DNA of 64,000 nt from an uncultured Actinomycetes bacterium (GTDB lineage Bacteria; Actinomycetota; Coriobacteriia; Anaerosomatales; PHET01): contig CAMTUW010000003.1 in assembly GCA_947085035.1 (NCBI GenBank), forward strand, positions 27-64,026, read 5' to 3'. Under the pieces are notes generated by a model. The model worked only from the letters and a program-made list of their open reading frames with translations. It had not been told where the DNA came from and did no database searches. Below, one piece after another: positions 29,962 to 38,277 of the stretch. Position numbers and translations under genes: made by a program. Position 1 is the stretch's first letter. The number at the start of each line of letters is the position of its first letter.

Positions 29962-31052
29962 AACTGATCCTCCTTTTCGATCATCGGGCGAATCCGACGA
30001 TCGAAGAGATGTTCGGCTTGTTCCCGCCCACGGACGGGATAGTCGTAGAGATCCAGATAGAGCTGGATGTCGGAAGCCACCCTGATTGGCCCGCTCTGCA
30101 TCTGTGCGTCGTAGAACGCTGACTCACGGTAGTACGGCCGTGACAGGTTGATGTTGCCACCACGCTCGACGCGACGTGCGTCCATCTCAAAGAGAGCAGC
30201 CTGCGCAGATTCGATGTTCCTCACGTAGACATCGACGACGTCGAAGTCAGCATGACGATCAACAATGCTCGCGCCAGCGTGTCCTGTGAACACATAGTCA
30301 ACGCCCTGGGCGCTGAATGAATTCGCGATCTCGGGCATCAAGGCCTCCGCACTCGATCTCGCAAGGAAGTAGCTCCTCGAGACCGGCTGCCGTCTCTGAC
30401 GATAGGAGACCAGCCAGTCGTTGAGCAGTTCGCTGACATGCCGGAGCACGATTCCGTCATCCAGTTTCGCTGCATAGCCTTGGCGCTTCAGCTCCTTGAC
30501 AATCTTCGAGACGAAGCCTGGGCTCAGCTTGATCTGCTCATCTCCGGAGCTCACGATGTCGGCAATCTGGCGGACTCCAATCGGAGACCGCGCACCTAGC
30601 AATATCCGCAACACGAGCGATGCCTTGTCAGAGAACAGATTTCGCTGCTCGCGCTCCTCTTTGTCCGGATTGCTGAACCCTCGTCGGTCAACGTGGACTC
30701 CGGGTGCCAGCAGCCATGCATTGCCGGCGTAGTCGATAAACGCCGCCCGTGCATCACGTAGGACCCTCTGCTTCGAGGTACTGAAGAATGGCGCGGCCAA
30801 CACCGGAATCGAGTCTCGTGCATCGTCTTGCGGGAGGTTCATCATCGCCAGAGCGTCGAGCAGTTGCGCGTTACCGGCACTCTTGAGAAGTTCTATCCGC
30901 AGGTGCAGTTGACCAGCGGAGGAGCGTACATCTGCCCATGCCGCTGGCGCATGCCCTCGTGACTGGACTGGCCGAAGTTCGAGAGAGCTGTCAGGAAAGA
31001 GTTCCCGAAGCGCGCGCGCGAGTTCTGAGTAGTCGCCTTCTCCAGCAGCCAT
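29958..31052 (-). CDS. wHTH regulator with AbiEi-like C-terminal domain, putative antitoxin/regulator
   Basis: 364 aa. It has a central wHTH-like segment (VRQIADIVSS...LSPGFVSKIVKELKRQGY) and a C-terminal ...RVASDIQLYLDLYDYPVRGREQAEHL, reminiscent of the AbiEi antitoxin C-terminus. An extra ~130-aa N-terminal domain is present. GGAGGA RBS before ATG 31052. Confidence 0.5.
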   Translation of the reverse strand: MAAGEGDYSELARALRELFPDSSLELRPVQSRGHAPAAWADVRSSAGQLHLRIELLKSAGNAQLLDALAMMNLPQDDARDSIPVLAAPFFSTSKQRVLRDARAAFIDYAGNAWLLAPGVHVDRRGFSNPDKEEREQRNLFSDKASLVLRILLGARSPIGVRQIADIVSSGDEQIKLSPGFVSKIVKELKRQGYAAKLDDGIVLRHVSELLNDWLVSYRQRRQPVSRSYFLARSSAEALMPEIANSFSAQGVDYVFTGHAGASIVDRHADFDVVDVYVRNIESAQAALFEMDARRVERGGNINLSRPYYRESAFYDAQMQSGPIRVASDIQLYLDLYDYPVRGREQAEHLFDRRIRPMIEKEDQL

Positions 31053-31070
31053 GTTTCCTCCAAGATAGCT

Positions 31071-31088
31071 GTTTCCCGTTCGGGAAAC
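31071..31088. promoter_or_regulatory. perfect inverted repeat GTTTCCCG-TT-CGGGAAAC, candidate operator of the AbiE-like cassette
   Basis: It lies 19-36 nt upstream of the 31052 start codon. Additional GGAAAC/GGAAGC/GGAAC half-site-like copies occur at 31101, 31110, 31125 and 31150 in the same intergenic region. Confidence 0.45.
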
Positions 31089-31205
31089 ATCATACTCTCA
31101 GGAAACACAGGAAGCAACTCAGCAGGAACGTCGCCCGCAACAGCGCCCCGGAAACGGGTATCCTCCAGCACACGACTCTCCTCACCGACCCCGGGAGCAC
31201 AGCAC

Positions 31206-31904
31206 ATGTCCGCAAAGGCCTCTGCCGAGCCGGTCGCCAACCTGCCGCGCGCCGAACGCGAGCGTCTCGCGGGTCTTTACTCCGAGCGCCTTGAGGCCCA
31301 CTACGGCGACCCGCACGCGGCACTCGATTTCGAGAACCCCTACCAGCTGCTCATCGCTGTGATCCTGTCTGCTCAGACCACGGACGCGAACGTGAACAAG
31401 GCCACTCCCGCCCTGTTCGAGCGCTTCCCCACCCCTGCCGCCCTGGCTGACGCCACTCAAGACGAGGTCGAGGGCCATGTGCGCTCGCTGGGCTTCTTTC
31501 GCCAGAAGGCGCGAAACATCATCGCCACGTGCCGAAGGATCGTCGCGGAGTACGACTGTGCGGTGCCCGACACGATGGCGGATCTCGTGACGCTGCCGGG
31601 GGTCGCGCGCAAGACGGCGAACATCGTGCTGGGCGAGGGCTTCGGGAAGACGGAGGGCATCGCGGTCGACACGCACGTCTTTCGGCTCGCTCGTCGTTTC
31701 GGGCTCTCGACCGAACACGATCCCGACAAGATCGAGCGCGACCTGATGTCGCTGTTCCCCCGCGACCACTGGCATCGCGTGAACTACGACCTCATCAACC
31801 ACGGGCGCGCGATCTGCGACGCCAAGCGCCCACGGTGCGGCCCGTGCTTCTTGAACGACGTGTGCCCGGCAGCCTTCAAGCCAGCAGGTTGGCGCGAGGA
31901 CTGA
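31206..31904 (+). CDS. nth: endonuclease III (DNA glycosylase/AP lyase)
   Basis: LLIAVILSAQTTD..VN...L.GVARKTANIVL (HhH-GPD) and a C-terminal CxxxxxxCxxCxxxxxC 4Fe-4S cluster loop (CDAKRPRCGPCFLNDVC). Confidence 0.93.
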   Translation: MSAKASAEPVANLPRAERERLAGLYSERLEAHYGDPHAALDFENPYQLLIAVILSAQTTDANVNKATPALFERFPTPAALADATQDEVEGHVRSLGFFRQKARNIIATCRRIVAEYDCAVPDTMADLVTLPGVARKTANIVLGEGFGKTEGIAVDTHVFRLARRFGLSTEHDPDKIERDLMSLFPRDHWHRVNYDLINHGRAICDAKRPRCGPCFLNDVCPAAFKPAGWRED

Positions 31905-31916
31905 GGGTAGGCGATT

Positions 31917-32639
31917 CTACCCTGCCTCGACCTTCATCTCCTCAGTCACGAGCACACCCGCGAGCTTGTGCAGCGTCTCGGAGTACTCGACGCGCCCCAC
32001 GCGACAGCCATCACCCAGCGTCACGCGCGCGCCCCTCACAAGCGAGGCGACCGTGTTGATGAGCTGGAGTTCACCGCCAACGACGCTCGTCACCGTCAGT
32101 TCGCGGTCAACGAACGCCGAGAGAACCGCCGAGACGCCCTCGGGTGCGCGCAGGATCATGCGATCGCACGTGACGTCGGCAGCAGAGCTTCGGCCGTGCG
32201 GCCGCAGATCCACGTCGCCCACCGCAAGCGCGTCTCGAACGGCGAAGCGGCCCTCGCCGAACAGCCGATCAGCCTGCACCCCGGCTCCCACGCGCAAGTC
32301 ACCCTTGAGGTCGATGTCACGCGCGTGAATCCCACCGTCAGCCGTGATCGAGCCCCTGATGCGCAGCACGCCCGCACCCACACCCGCGTGCACATCAGCG
32401 GATCCGTTCACGGCGAACTCGCCGGCTTGGACCGGACCGTCGAACGTACACGCGCCGTTCACCGTCACGATGTCGGCCTTGACCGCGCCGCGGCAGCGCC
32501 CAGCGCCGCTCATCCGCAACTCGCGGCAGACCACGTCACCCGTGACCGTGCCCGCGCCGTTGAGCGTGATCACCCCGTACGTTCCTCCGGCGACCGCGCC
32601 CTCGCCATTGATCTTCGCGTCGAACAGCTCGTCCGTCAT
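31917..32639 (-). CDS. polymer-forming cytoskeletal (bactofilin-like, beta-helical) protein
   Basis: 240 aa of degenerate G-x-h-x-G-D/x-V repeats (GTVTGDVVC, GAVKADIVTVNG, GSITADGGIHARDIDLKGDLRVG), typical of the CcmA/bactofilin family. Confidence 0.65.
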   Translation of the reverse strand: MTDELFDAKINGEGAVAGGTYGVITLNGAGTVTGDVVCRELRMSGAGRCRGAVKADIVTVNGACTFDGPVQAGEFAVNGSADVHAGVGAGVLRIRGSITADGGIHARDIDLKGDLRVGAGVQADRLFGEGRFAVRDALAVGDVDLRPHGRSSAADVTCDRMILRAPEGVSAVLSAFVDRELTVTSVVGGELQLINTVASLVRGARVTLGDGCRVGRVEYSETLHKLAGVLVTEEMKVEAG

Positions 32640-32676
32640 CCGTCTCGCCTCCTATCGCCAGAAGTGTGGTTCGCCT

Positions 32677-33195
32677 CTACATGCCCCGTGTCGGCAACAC
32701 CACAACGTTGAAGTAGACAACCGATCCCACGAGCAGCGCCGCCACAGGCACCGACACGACCGCCCACACCCGCTGGCGCTGCGCATATCGGGCCACGCTC
32801 ACGCGATCGCAGACACGTCTCCAGCCAACCCCGTTCGCGCGCTTGCCGAACCACCCCGCCATGGCCAGTGTCGCGAGAACCGCGAAACCCGCGGCGATTC
32901 GCCCGCCCACTCCCAACGAGGAGGCTGAGCGCACGATGCTGTCGGTGAACACCCACAGCGGGAGAAAGACCACACCGACCCACTGGCCATGCACGGGACC
33001 CCACAACATCGGCAGCAGGAACGCGGCGACGTTGAAGCGCGGGAGCGCCGGTGTCTGCTCGCCATCGCCCAGCACGATTCGTCCCGCGATCCCGGCGGCG
33101 GGGTGCCCTGCAGGGCAGCTCCCGTCGGATACGCGCTCGACGATGCGGTCGCAGTGCACGCAGTACCCGGCCTGACGCACTGACGCCTCGCTCAC
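32677..33195 (-). CDS. membrane protein with N-terminal zinc-ribbon-like motif
   Basis: CVHC-x12-C-x3-H at the N-terminus, then 3-4 hydrophobic helices. No family recognised. Confidence 0.5.
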   Translation of the reverse strand: MSEASVRQAGYCVHCDRIVERVSDGSCPAGHPAAGIAGRIVLGDGEQTPALPRFNVAAFLLPMLWGPVHGQWVGVVFLPLWVFTDSIVRSASSLGVGGRIAAGFAVLATLAMAGWFGKRANGVGWRRVCDRVSVARYAQRQRVWAVVSVPVAALLVGSVVYFNVVVLPTRGM

Positions 33196-33965
33196 GACAG
33201 CGCCACCGCGAGACCCATCGCGATGAAGACCGCGGGCAACATGTTGCCTACCGGCAGACGCTTGATGCCGGCGAGGTCCAGACCAATAGCGGCTATGAGC
33301 GTTCCGCCCACCGCTTCGATCGCCGCGAACACCTCGGGCGTGATCCCCGTGAGATTCGCGGCGGCAAGCGCGATGCCGCCCTGAATGACGGCGATCGGAA
33401 TCACAGACAGGCCAACACCCGCGCCGAGCGTCGAGGCGAGCGCGATCGACGCGAGCCCGTCAAGGGTTGCTTTGAGATAGAGCGTCGAGGGGTCGCCCAA
33501 CCCATCCTGAATCGAGCCGAGCACCGTCATGGCGCCCACGCAGTACAGCAGTGACGCCGTCACGAACCCCTCGACCAGTGTGTGGCCCTTCTCGCCGGGC
33601 TCATCAGAAGCCGATTTCGGGGTGGGAGCAAGCCACGGCATCCGGTACGCCAGGTCTTGGAGCAGGCGGCCGAAGCGCTCAAGCCAGTGCTCGATGCGCA
33701 GAGCCTCACCCACAAGTGCACCCAGCACGAGCGAACCCACGAATATGAGCGCCGCGTATTTGCCCAGGGCCCCGGCCGCATTCCCCATATCCGACATGCC
33801 GCCCACGCTCATGGCAAGGCCGATGACGAGCGTCGACAATCCTATCGCGCGAAAAGCCGTCTCGCGCATCCGTTCCGGGATCAGTCCCCCGAACAACAGG
33901 CCCACCGCCGTGCCCAGGAGCACCGTGGCCACATTCACGATCACGCCGATTCCCGGCACGTTCAC
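33192..33965 (-). CDS. DUF554 family membrane protein
   Basis: MNVPGIGVIVNVATVLLGTAVGLLFG... and an overall Gly/Ala-rich polytopic profile typical of YdfK/YqgA (DUF554). Confidence 0.7.
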   Translation of the reverse strand: MNVPGIGVIVNVATVLLGTAVGLLFGGLIPERMRETAFRAIGLSTLVIGLAMSVGGMSDMGNAAGALGKYAALIFVGSLVLGALVGEALRIEHWLERFGRLLQDLAYRMPWLAPTPKSASDEPGEKGHTLVEGFVTASLLYCVGAMTVLGSIQDGLGDPSTLYLKATLDGLASIALASTLGAGVGLSVIPIAVIQGGIALAAANLTGITPEVFAAIEAVGGTLIAAIGLDLAGIKRLPVGNMLPAVFIAMGLAVALS

Positions 33966-34453
33966 TCCTCGTCGTCAGGCAGCCACAGCCCCTCGAGCTC
34001 GGCGGTGATCTCTTTTTTCGTCCCCTCGGGCAACGCCTTGTCGCCGCCGGGAGTTCTTCCCGACGATGCGGGCCTCGCCTTGTCCGCGCGGGCCTCCAGC
34101 AACGAGACGTCACGATACTCCACATGACGTCCAACGTCTTGCGAGATGCGCATTCGCAGACGGATGTCATCCGTGTAGACGACGACCTGGCCTCTCACCG
34201 CCTCGCACCGCCGCACGATCTCGTCGTCGGCGTTGTTCGCGAACACGGTGGTCACCCGCCCCACGGTCGCAGACGAAGTTCCCAGCGAGGAGTGCGCGTC
34301 GAACACCACCGTGACTCGCCCTCCCCTGCCCGCGATCGAGGTCGCGAGCAGGCGCAGCCGCTCGACGAGCGCGTCTCGCTGCGCCTCTTTCGAGCGGCCG
34401 GACAGTGCCGGATCACGCATCGTGACGTTGTATCCGTCGATGAGAACGAGCAC
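33962..34453 (-). CDS. YacP-like NYN-domain ribonuclease
   Basis: MLVLIDGYNV......VVFD....A.NADDEI motifs of the YacP/Rae1-type NYN family. Confidence 0.7.
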   Translation of the reverse strand: MLVLIDGYNVTMRDPALSGRSKEAQRDALVERLRLLATSIAGRGGRVTVVFDAHSSLGTSSATVGRVTTVFANNADDEIVRRCEAVRGQVVVYTDDIRLRMRISQDVGRHVEYRDVSLLEARADKARPASSGRTPGGDKALPEGTKKEITAELEGLWLPDDEE

Positions 34454-34456
34454 GAC

Positions 34457-35722
34457 CTACACCGAGGGATCGCCGAAGTAGCGCCAGTACAACAACCAGA
34501 ACGACATGGTCCCTCGGAAGTGCGGTGTGTACTTGAACAACGAGTACGTCGCCGCGTTCGTGGGGTGCACCGTGCTCCCGTTGATCGGCATCGAGATACC
34601 CGGTCGCCAGCGCCGACCGTTGTTCGCGAGCTTGTCGGCGCCTGACCAGATCTGCTGCCCGAACCCTTTGAACTGCACGAACGTACGACTGTCGGTCTTG
34701 CCGCAGCCCATCGCCCAGTCGTAGGCGTTTTGCGTGGGATTGCGCCGCCCCAACAGCGATTGCTCCTTTTGAAGCTTCACGAGAATGACCTTCGGATTGA
34801 CCCCCCAGGCCTGCGCCGCATCAGCGATGATCTGCGAGGCGGGCTTCACCTTGCCTGCGTGGTCGCGCGCCCGGTAAGTGGCGAGCGTGCCGGGCTGCTC
34901 CTCGAGAAACGCCTGTATCTGCTCGACGGTCATCGACGAGGAGTCACGAAACGTCGCCTCGGCGATCACGGTGTCGGGATTGAAGCCGCCCTGCGGTGCC
35001 AACGAGCCACCGCCCGGTGCCCACATCAGTCGCGCGAGGTCCACGGCCAGCCGCGCGGCGCGAGCCTGCTGCGCCTCGAGTTCGGCCTCTATGCGGACAC
35101 GCCGCTCGTCAGCGTCTCGCCGCAGCTCGTTCAAGTGGTCCATCTTGCTGAGTAGATTCTCGCGAAGCCACAGGGCCTCCGAGCGAGCGAGACGGACGCC
35201 CGTGATCAGCCGCGCGTCCCTCGACGTGATCCTCGTGAGATAGCTCGCGCGCACCCACAGGTCCTCAAAGGAGCTGGACGAGAACAAGACGTCGAGCATG
35301 TCGAGGCGCTCGCCTCGGTAAAGCTCGATCGCGCGACCGCTGAGCGCGCGTTCGCTGTTGTCGAGCTCGATCTCCTTTTGCGCCAGATCGATGGTGGCCT
35401 GCGCGATCTCGGTCTTCGTCCGCTCGATCAGCTTGCTGGTCTCGACGTAGGAGGCGACTTCGATCTCAAGGTCAAGACGCGTCTGCTCGAGAATCTGGCG
35501 CAGGGCGGCTTCCTCGGCCTTCAGCGCGCCCAACGTCGTCGCCGTGCTCGTAACCGATGGTGTGGCGAGCGCCTCGCCCGCACCGAGCACGCCCATCAAG
35601 GCACACGCGATCAGGGTACATGCGACCTTGAGTGAACTCTGTGAGGGGTACGGTGCCACTCGTCCTCCAGGCGGCCTACTTCTTGCGACGCCCCACTGAG
35701 CATACGGCCGTCGCGCACCCAT
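34457..35722 (-). CDS. secreted coiled-coil protein with conserved C-terminal globular domain (function unknown)
   Basis: Signal-peptide-like CTLIACALMGVLGAGEALA, about 200 aa of heptad-rich sequence, then a C-terminal Trp/Gly-rich domain (NPKVILVKLQKEQSLL...DWAMGCG). The exact start is uncertain. Confidence 0.55.
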   Translation of the reverse strand: MGARRPYAQWGVARSRPPGGRVAPYPSQSSLKVACTLIACALMGVLGAGEALATPSVTSTATTLGALKAEEAALRQILEQTRLDLEIEVASYVETSKLIERTKTEIAQATIDLAQKEIELDNSERALSGRAIELYRGERLDMLDVLFSSSSFEDLWVRASYLTRITSRDARLITGVRLARSEALWLRENLLSKMDHLNELRRDADERRVRIEAELEAQQARAARLAVDLARLMWAPGGGSLAPQGGFNPDTVIAEATFRDSSSMTVEQIQAFLEEQPGTLATYRARDHAGKVKPASQIIADAAQAWGVNPKVILVKLQKEQSLLGRRNPTQNAYDWAMGCGKTDSRTFVQFKGFGQQIWSGADKLANNGRRWRPGISMPINGSTVHPTNAATYSLFKYTPHFRGTMSFWLLYWRYFGDPSV

Positions 35723-35737
35723 AAGCGTAACACGGCG

Positions 35738-36046
35738 TCACGGGCGGCTCACTGGCGTCACCAGTCGCCGAATCACGAGCACGTCGAGCACCGCCGCGAT
35801 CAACAGCAACGGGATGGAAAGAACGATCAGTCCCGCGAACGACGTGAGGTCCTCCCATGTGTCCGCAGCACCTAGGTAATTGAAGTAGATCCACCAGCCA
35901 GCAAACCCTGCGACCACGAGCCCCTTCAACGCCAACGCGACTACGGGCAAACGGCCCGCGACCTTCCTGCGCAGAGCAAGCACGTCAACGGCAATCGTGG
36001 CGATCGCGATCAGCCCGAGTCCCCAGAACGCGTATACCCACGCCAT
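35738..36046 (-). CDS. small membrane protein (3 predicted TM helices)
   Basis: Start trimmed to MAWVYAFWGLGLIAIATIAV... The call rests on hydrophobic segments only. Confidence 0.4.
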   Translation of the reverse strand: MAWVYAFWGLGLIAIATIAVDVLALRRKVAGRLPVVALALKGLVVAGFAGWWIYFNYLGAADTWEDLTSFAGLIVLSIPLLLIAAVLDVLVIRRLVTPVSRP

Positions 36047-36201
36047 GCCATCCTCCGCTTTCGCTGTCGACAATAGGCCTTGGTCTTGTTCTCCTCTTCG
36101 AGCAGAGGATCGATCTCTCGTCACGCCTCTCCACAGTACATCTGTAACCGTCACGAATTCCTCGCAGACTATCGCACCAGTTCGTCAACAGGGCATGGCC
36201 C

Positions 36202-37065
36202 TCAGATCGCGAGGTCTAGCGGAAGGTCCGAGATGTCCTTGAGGCGGTCGCCGTCGACCATGATCGCGAGCATGTCAGCAGCATCCTGCATCCCTAGTGC
36301 GCTCACCGTTTCCTGCAGCTCATAAAGCGCGAAATGGTACACGCAGTCGACATCGCCAGTGCCGAGGGCAATCGATGCGAGTCGGCTGGGCGTGGGCTCC
36401 GCCGTCACCACGACCACGTGAGGCAGACGCCCTTTACGGTTGCGAACCAGATTCAAGGCCTCTGACCTCGCGTTCTGTGCTCGGTCGCTACGAATCGTCC
36501 ATTTGCACGAGATACTAGCGTGTAGCAACGGCAGCCCGCCATTCCTGAGTCTCAGGCTGGCGAGCGTCGCCACACTGCCATCGACCAACACCTCTGGCGT
36601 ATTGATCGCGTCGTCATCCTCGGGTTCCCGCGCGATGACGACGTCCGGCGTGATCGTATAGTCGCTTCCGAGGGCTGCAGCGAGTTCAGGGTCATTCTTC
36701 GCGGCCCGGTCGAGAGCAACCAGATGCGAATACTGTTCGTAGCGCGCGATCTCAAGTCGATTGCGCCCCCGGACATGCTGGACGTCCCACTTGCCGGGTC
36801 GCAGATGCCCGAGCTTCAAGAATGTCTCCCGCACGAAGTCAGCACACGCGATCTCGAACTGATTGCCCGAGGTCTGACCGGCAGAACGTTCGCCGACGGT
36901 TTCCGCCTTGAGGAGGTCAGCTATGCCCCTAGCCAACCTGATACTTGGTTGATTAGTGCCGTCACAGTTGCTGGGCCGACCCTGGGAGTCGATGGTCAAG
37001 CACGACTGAAGCAGGGCATTATGGAAGGCTCTGCGCGCCTCTACGAATTCGACGGGTCCGTGCAT
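36202..37065 (-). CDS. type II restriction endonuclease, NgoMIV / CCGG-family
   Basis: ISCKWTIRSDRAQN contains the S-x-K catalytic motif and the R-S-D-R CCGG-recognition motif described for NgoMIV (S185/K187, R191/D193/R194). An upstream ITPDVV Asp and downstream SEALNL Glu are plausible D140/E201 equivalents. ATG shares 1 nt with the methylase stop. Confidence 0.8.
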   Translation of the reverse strand: MHGPVEFVEARRAFHNALLQSCLTIDSQGRPSNCDGTNQPSIRLARGIADLLKAETVGERSAGQTSGNQFEIACADFVRETFLKLGHLRPGKWDVQHVRGRNRLEIARYEQYSHLVALDRAAKNDPELAAALGSDYTITPDVVIAREPEDDDAINTPEVLVDGSVATLASLRLRNGGLPLLHASISCKWTIRSDRAQNARSEALNLVRNRKGRLPHVVVVTAEPTPSRLASIALGTGDVDCVYHFALYELQETVSALGMQDAADMLAIMVDGDRLKDISDLPLDLAI

Positions 37066-38018
37066 CAGGCGACCCTGAAACTACGTCTGGCGGAAAGTGC
37101 GGTGACTATCTGCCTAGCAACAGCCTCCGCGACCGGCGCAGGAAAAGCGTTCCCGATCTGCCTGTACGTGGCTGTCTTGCGACCGGCGAACTGCCAATGA
37201 TCAGGGAATCCTTGGATGCGTGCGGTCATTCGCGTGGTAAGCCGGGGCATACCCACGAAATCGGGATCAGGGGCGGCATCCCAAAGTCCGCGACCGTCGA
37301 CGCTCAGGGACTCCCACGCGCGGCGGGCACGAGTGGGACCCAGGTCTGGCCCGCCATGCTTCTTCGATCCACCGACGAGTGTCGGCGCAATAGCGTCGGC
37401 GCGCTCCCGCCAATCATCAACTGAACGCCAGCCGTTCGCGCCCATGAGGTCGTGCAGAAGCACACCCACCGTGGCAGGTTCTACTGAATGAGGTAACGGC
37501 CACTCGAAATGGTCCGCGACGTCTTTCCTCATTCCGACGAAGATGACTCTGGGCCGCAACTGAGAAACGCCGTAGTCGGATGCATTGAGCAAGCGCCAGC
37601 TGGGGACATAGCCAAGATCCCTCAGTTGTTTCTCGACCTTGTTGCGGTAGTCGTCAAAGAGGGCATCCAGGAGTCCGCGAACGTTTTCGAGCATCACGGC
37701 GCGAGGACGGATTTCGTCGACCAACCGAATGGCCTCGGGGAACATGTCTCGTTCATCGCTGGCGCCGAGCTGCTTGCCAGCTTTCGAGAACGGGGGACAC
37801 GGAACACCCCCGGCCAACAGATCGATGCCCTTGTACGGAGCGCCGCAAAACTCGCGCAGATCGCCCTCTATCACGTTCCACTCGGGCCGGTTCAGCCGAA
37901 GGGTTTCACACGCTACAGGCTCAATCTCAACAAGAGCCGAGTGAGCAAAGCCGGCCAGCTCCAAACCCAACGCTTGGCCACCCGCTCCAGAGCAGATTTC
38001 AACCGAGTTGAAGTCCAA
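37065..38018 (-). CDS. DNA (cytosine-5)-methyltransferase
   Basis: Motif I EICSGAGGQALGL, motif IV GGVPCPPFS, motif VI ENVRGL, motif VIII QLRPRVIFVG and motif X YRQIGNAFPAPVA. TTG start preceded by an AAGGGGAG RBS. Confidence 0.9.
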   Translation of the reverse strand: MDFNSVEICSGAGGQALGLELAGFAHSALVEIEPVACETLRLNRPEWNVIEGDLREFCGAPYKGIDLLAGGVPCPPFSKAGKQLGASDERDMFPEAIRLVDEIRPRAVMLENVRGLLDALFDDYRNKVEKQLRDLGYVPSWRLLNASDYGVSQLRPRVIFVGMRKDVADHFEWPLPHSVEPATVGVLLHDLMGANGWRSVDDWRERADAIAPTLVGGSKKHGGPDLGPTRARRAWESLSVDGRGLWDAAPDPDFVGMPRLTTRMTARIQGFPDHWQFAGRKTATYRQIGNAFPAPVAEAVARQIVTALSARRSFRVA

Positions 38019-38125
38019 CTAGTGCTCTCCCCTTAGTCGCAGTACAGGTAGACAACTGCACCCGGATAGTAGCAGGATTCCGGTTTTCTCCCGCCACGAA
38101 TCGACATTCTCCGAAGCCAGTATAT

Positions 38126-38139
38126 ACGAACACATGTTC
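38126..38139. promoter_or_regulatory. LexA/SOS box of the Gram-positive (Cheo box) type: CGAACACATGTTCG
   Basis: It is a perfect match to CGAAC-N4-GTTCG, ~108 nt upstream of the methylase start. On the minus strand it sits between TAGCAA and TATACT (17-nt spacing), a plausible -35/-10 pair. Confidence 0.6.
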
Positions 38140-38277
38140 GTTTGCTAGACCCGTTCACCGCGCTCGTCCATCAATTCGAGGTTGAGCCGTACTCCGTCCG
38201 GGAGCGACCGAGTTCCGCCTCCCACCACGCCCGGAGCGACGAACAACTGATGCTCATCCCATCCGCGAAGCGAGACG

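Noticed and set aside
31182-31802. 206-aa minus-strand ORF antisense to nth
   Set aside because: It lies entirely inside the well-supported endonuclease III gene on the other strand, and its translation is Arg/Val/Asp-rich with no motifs.
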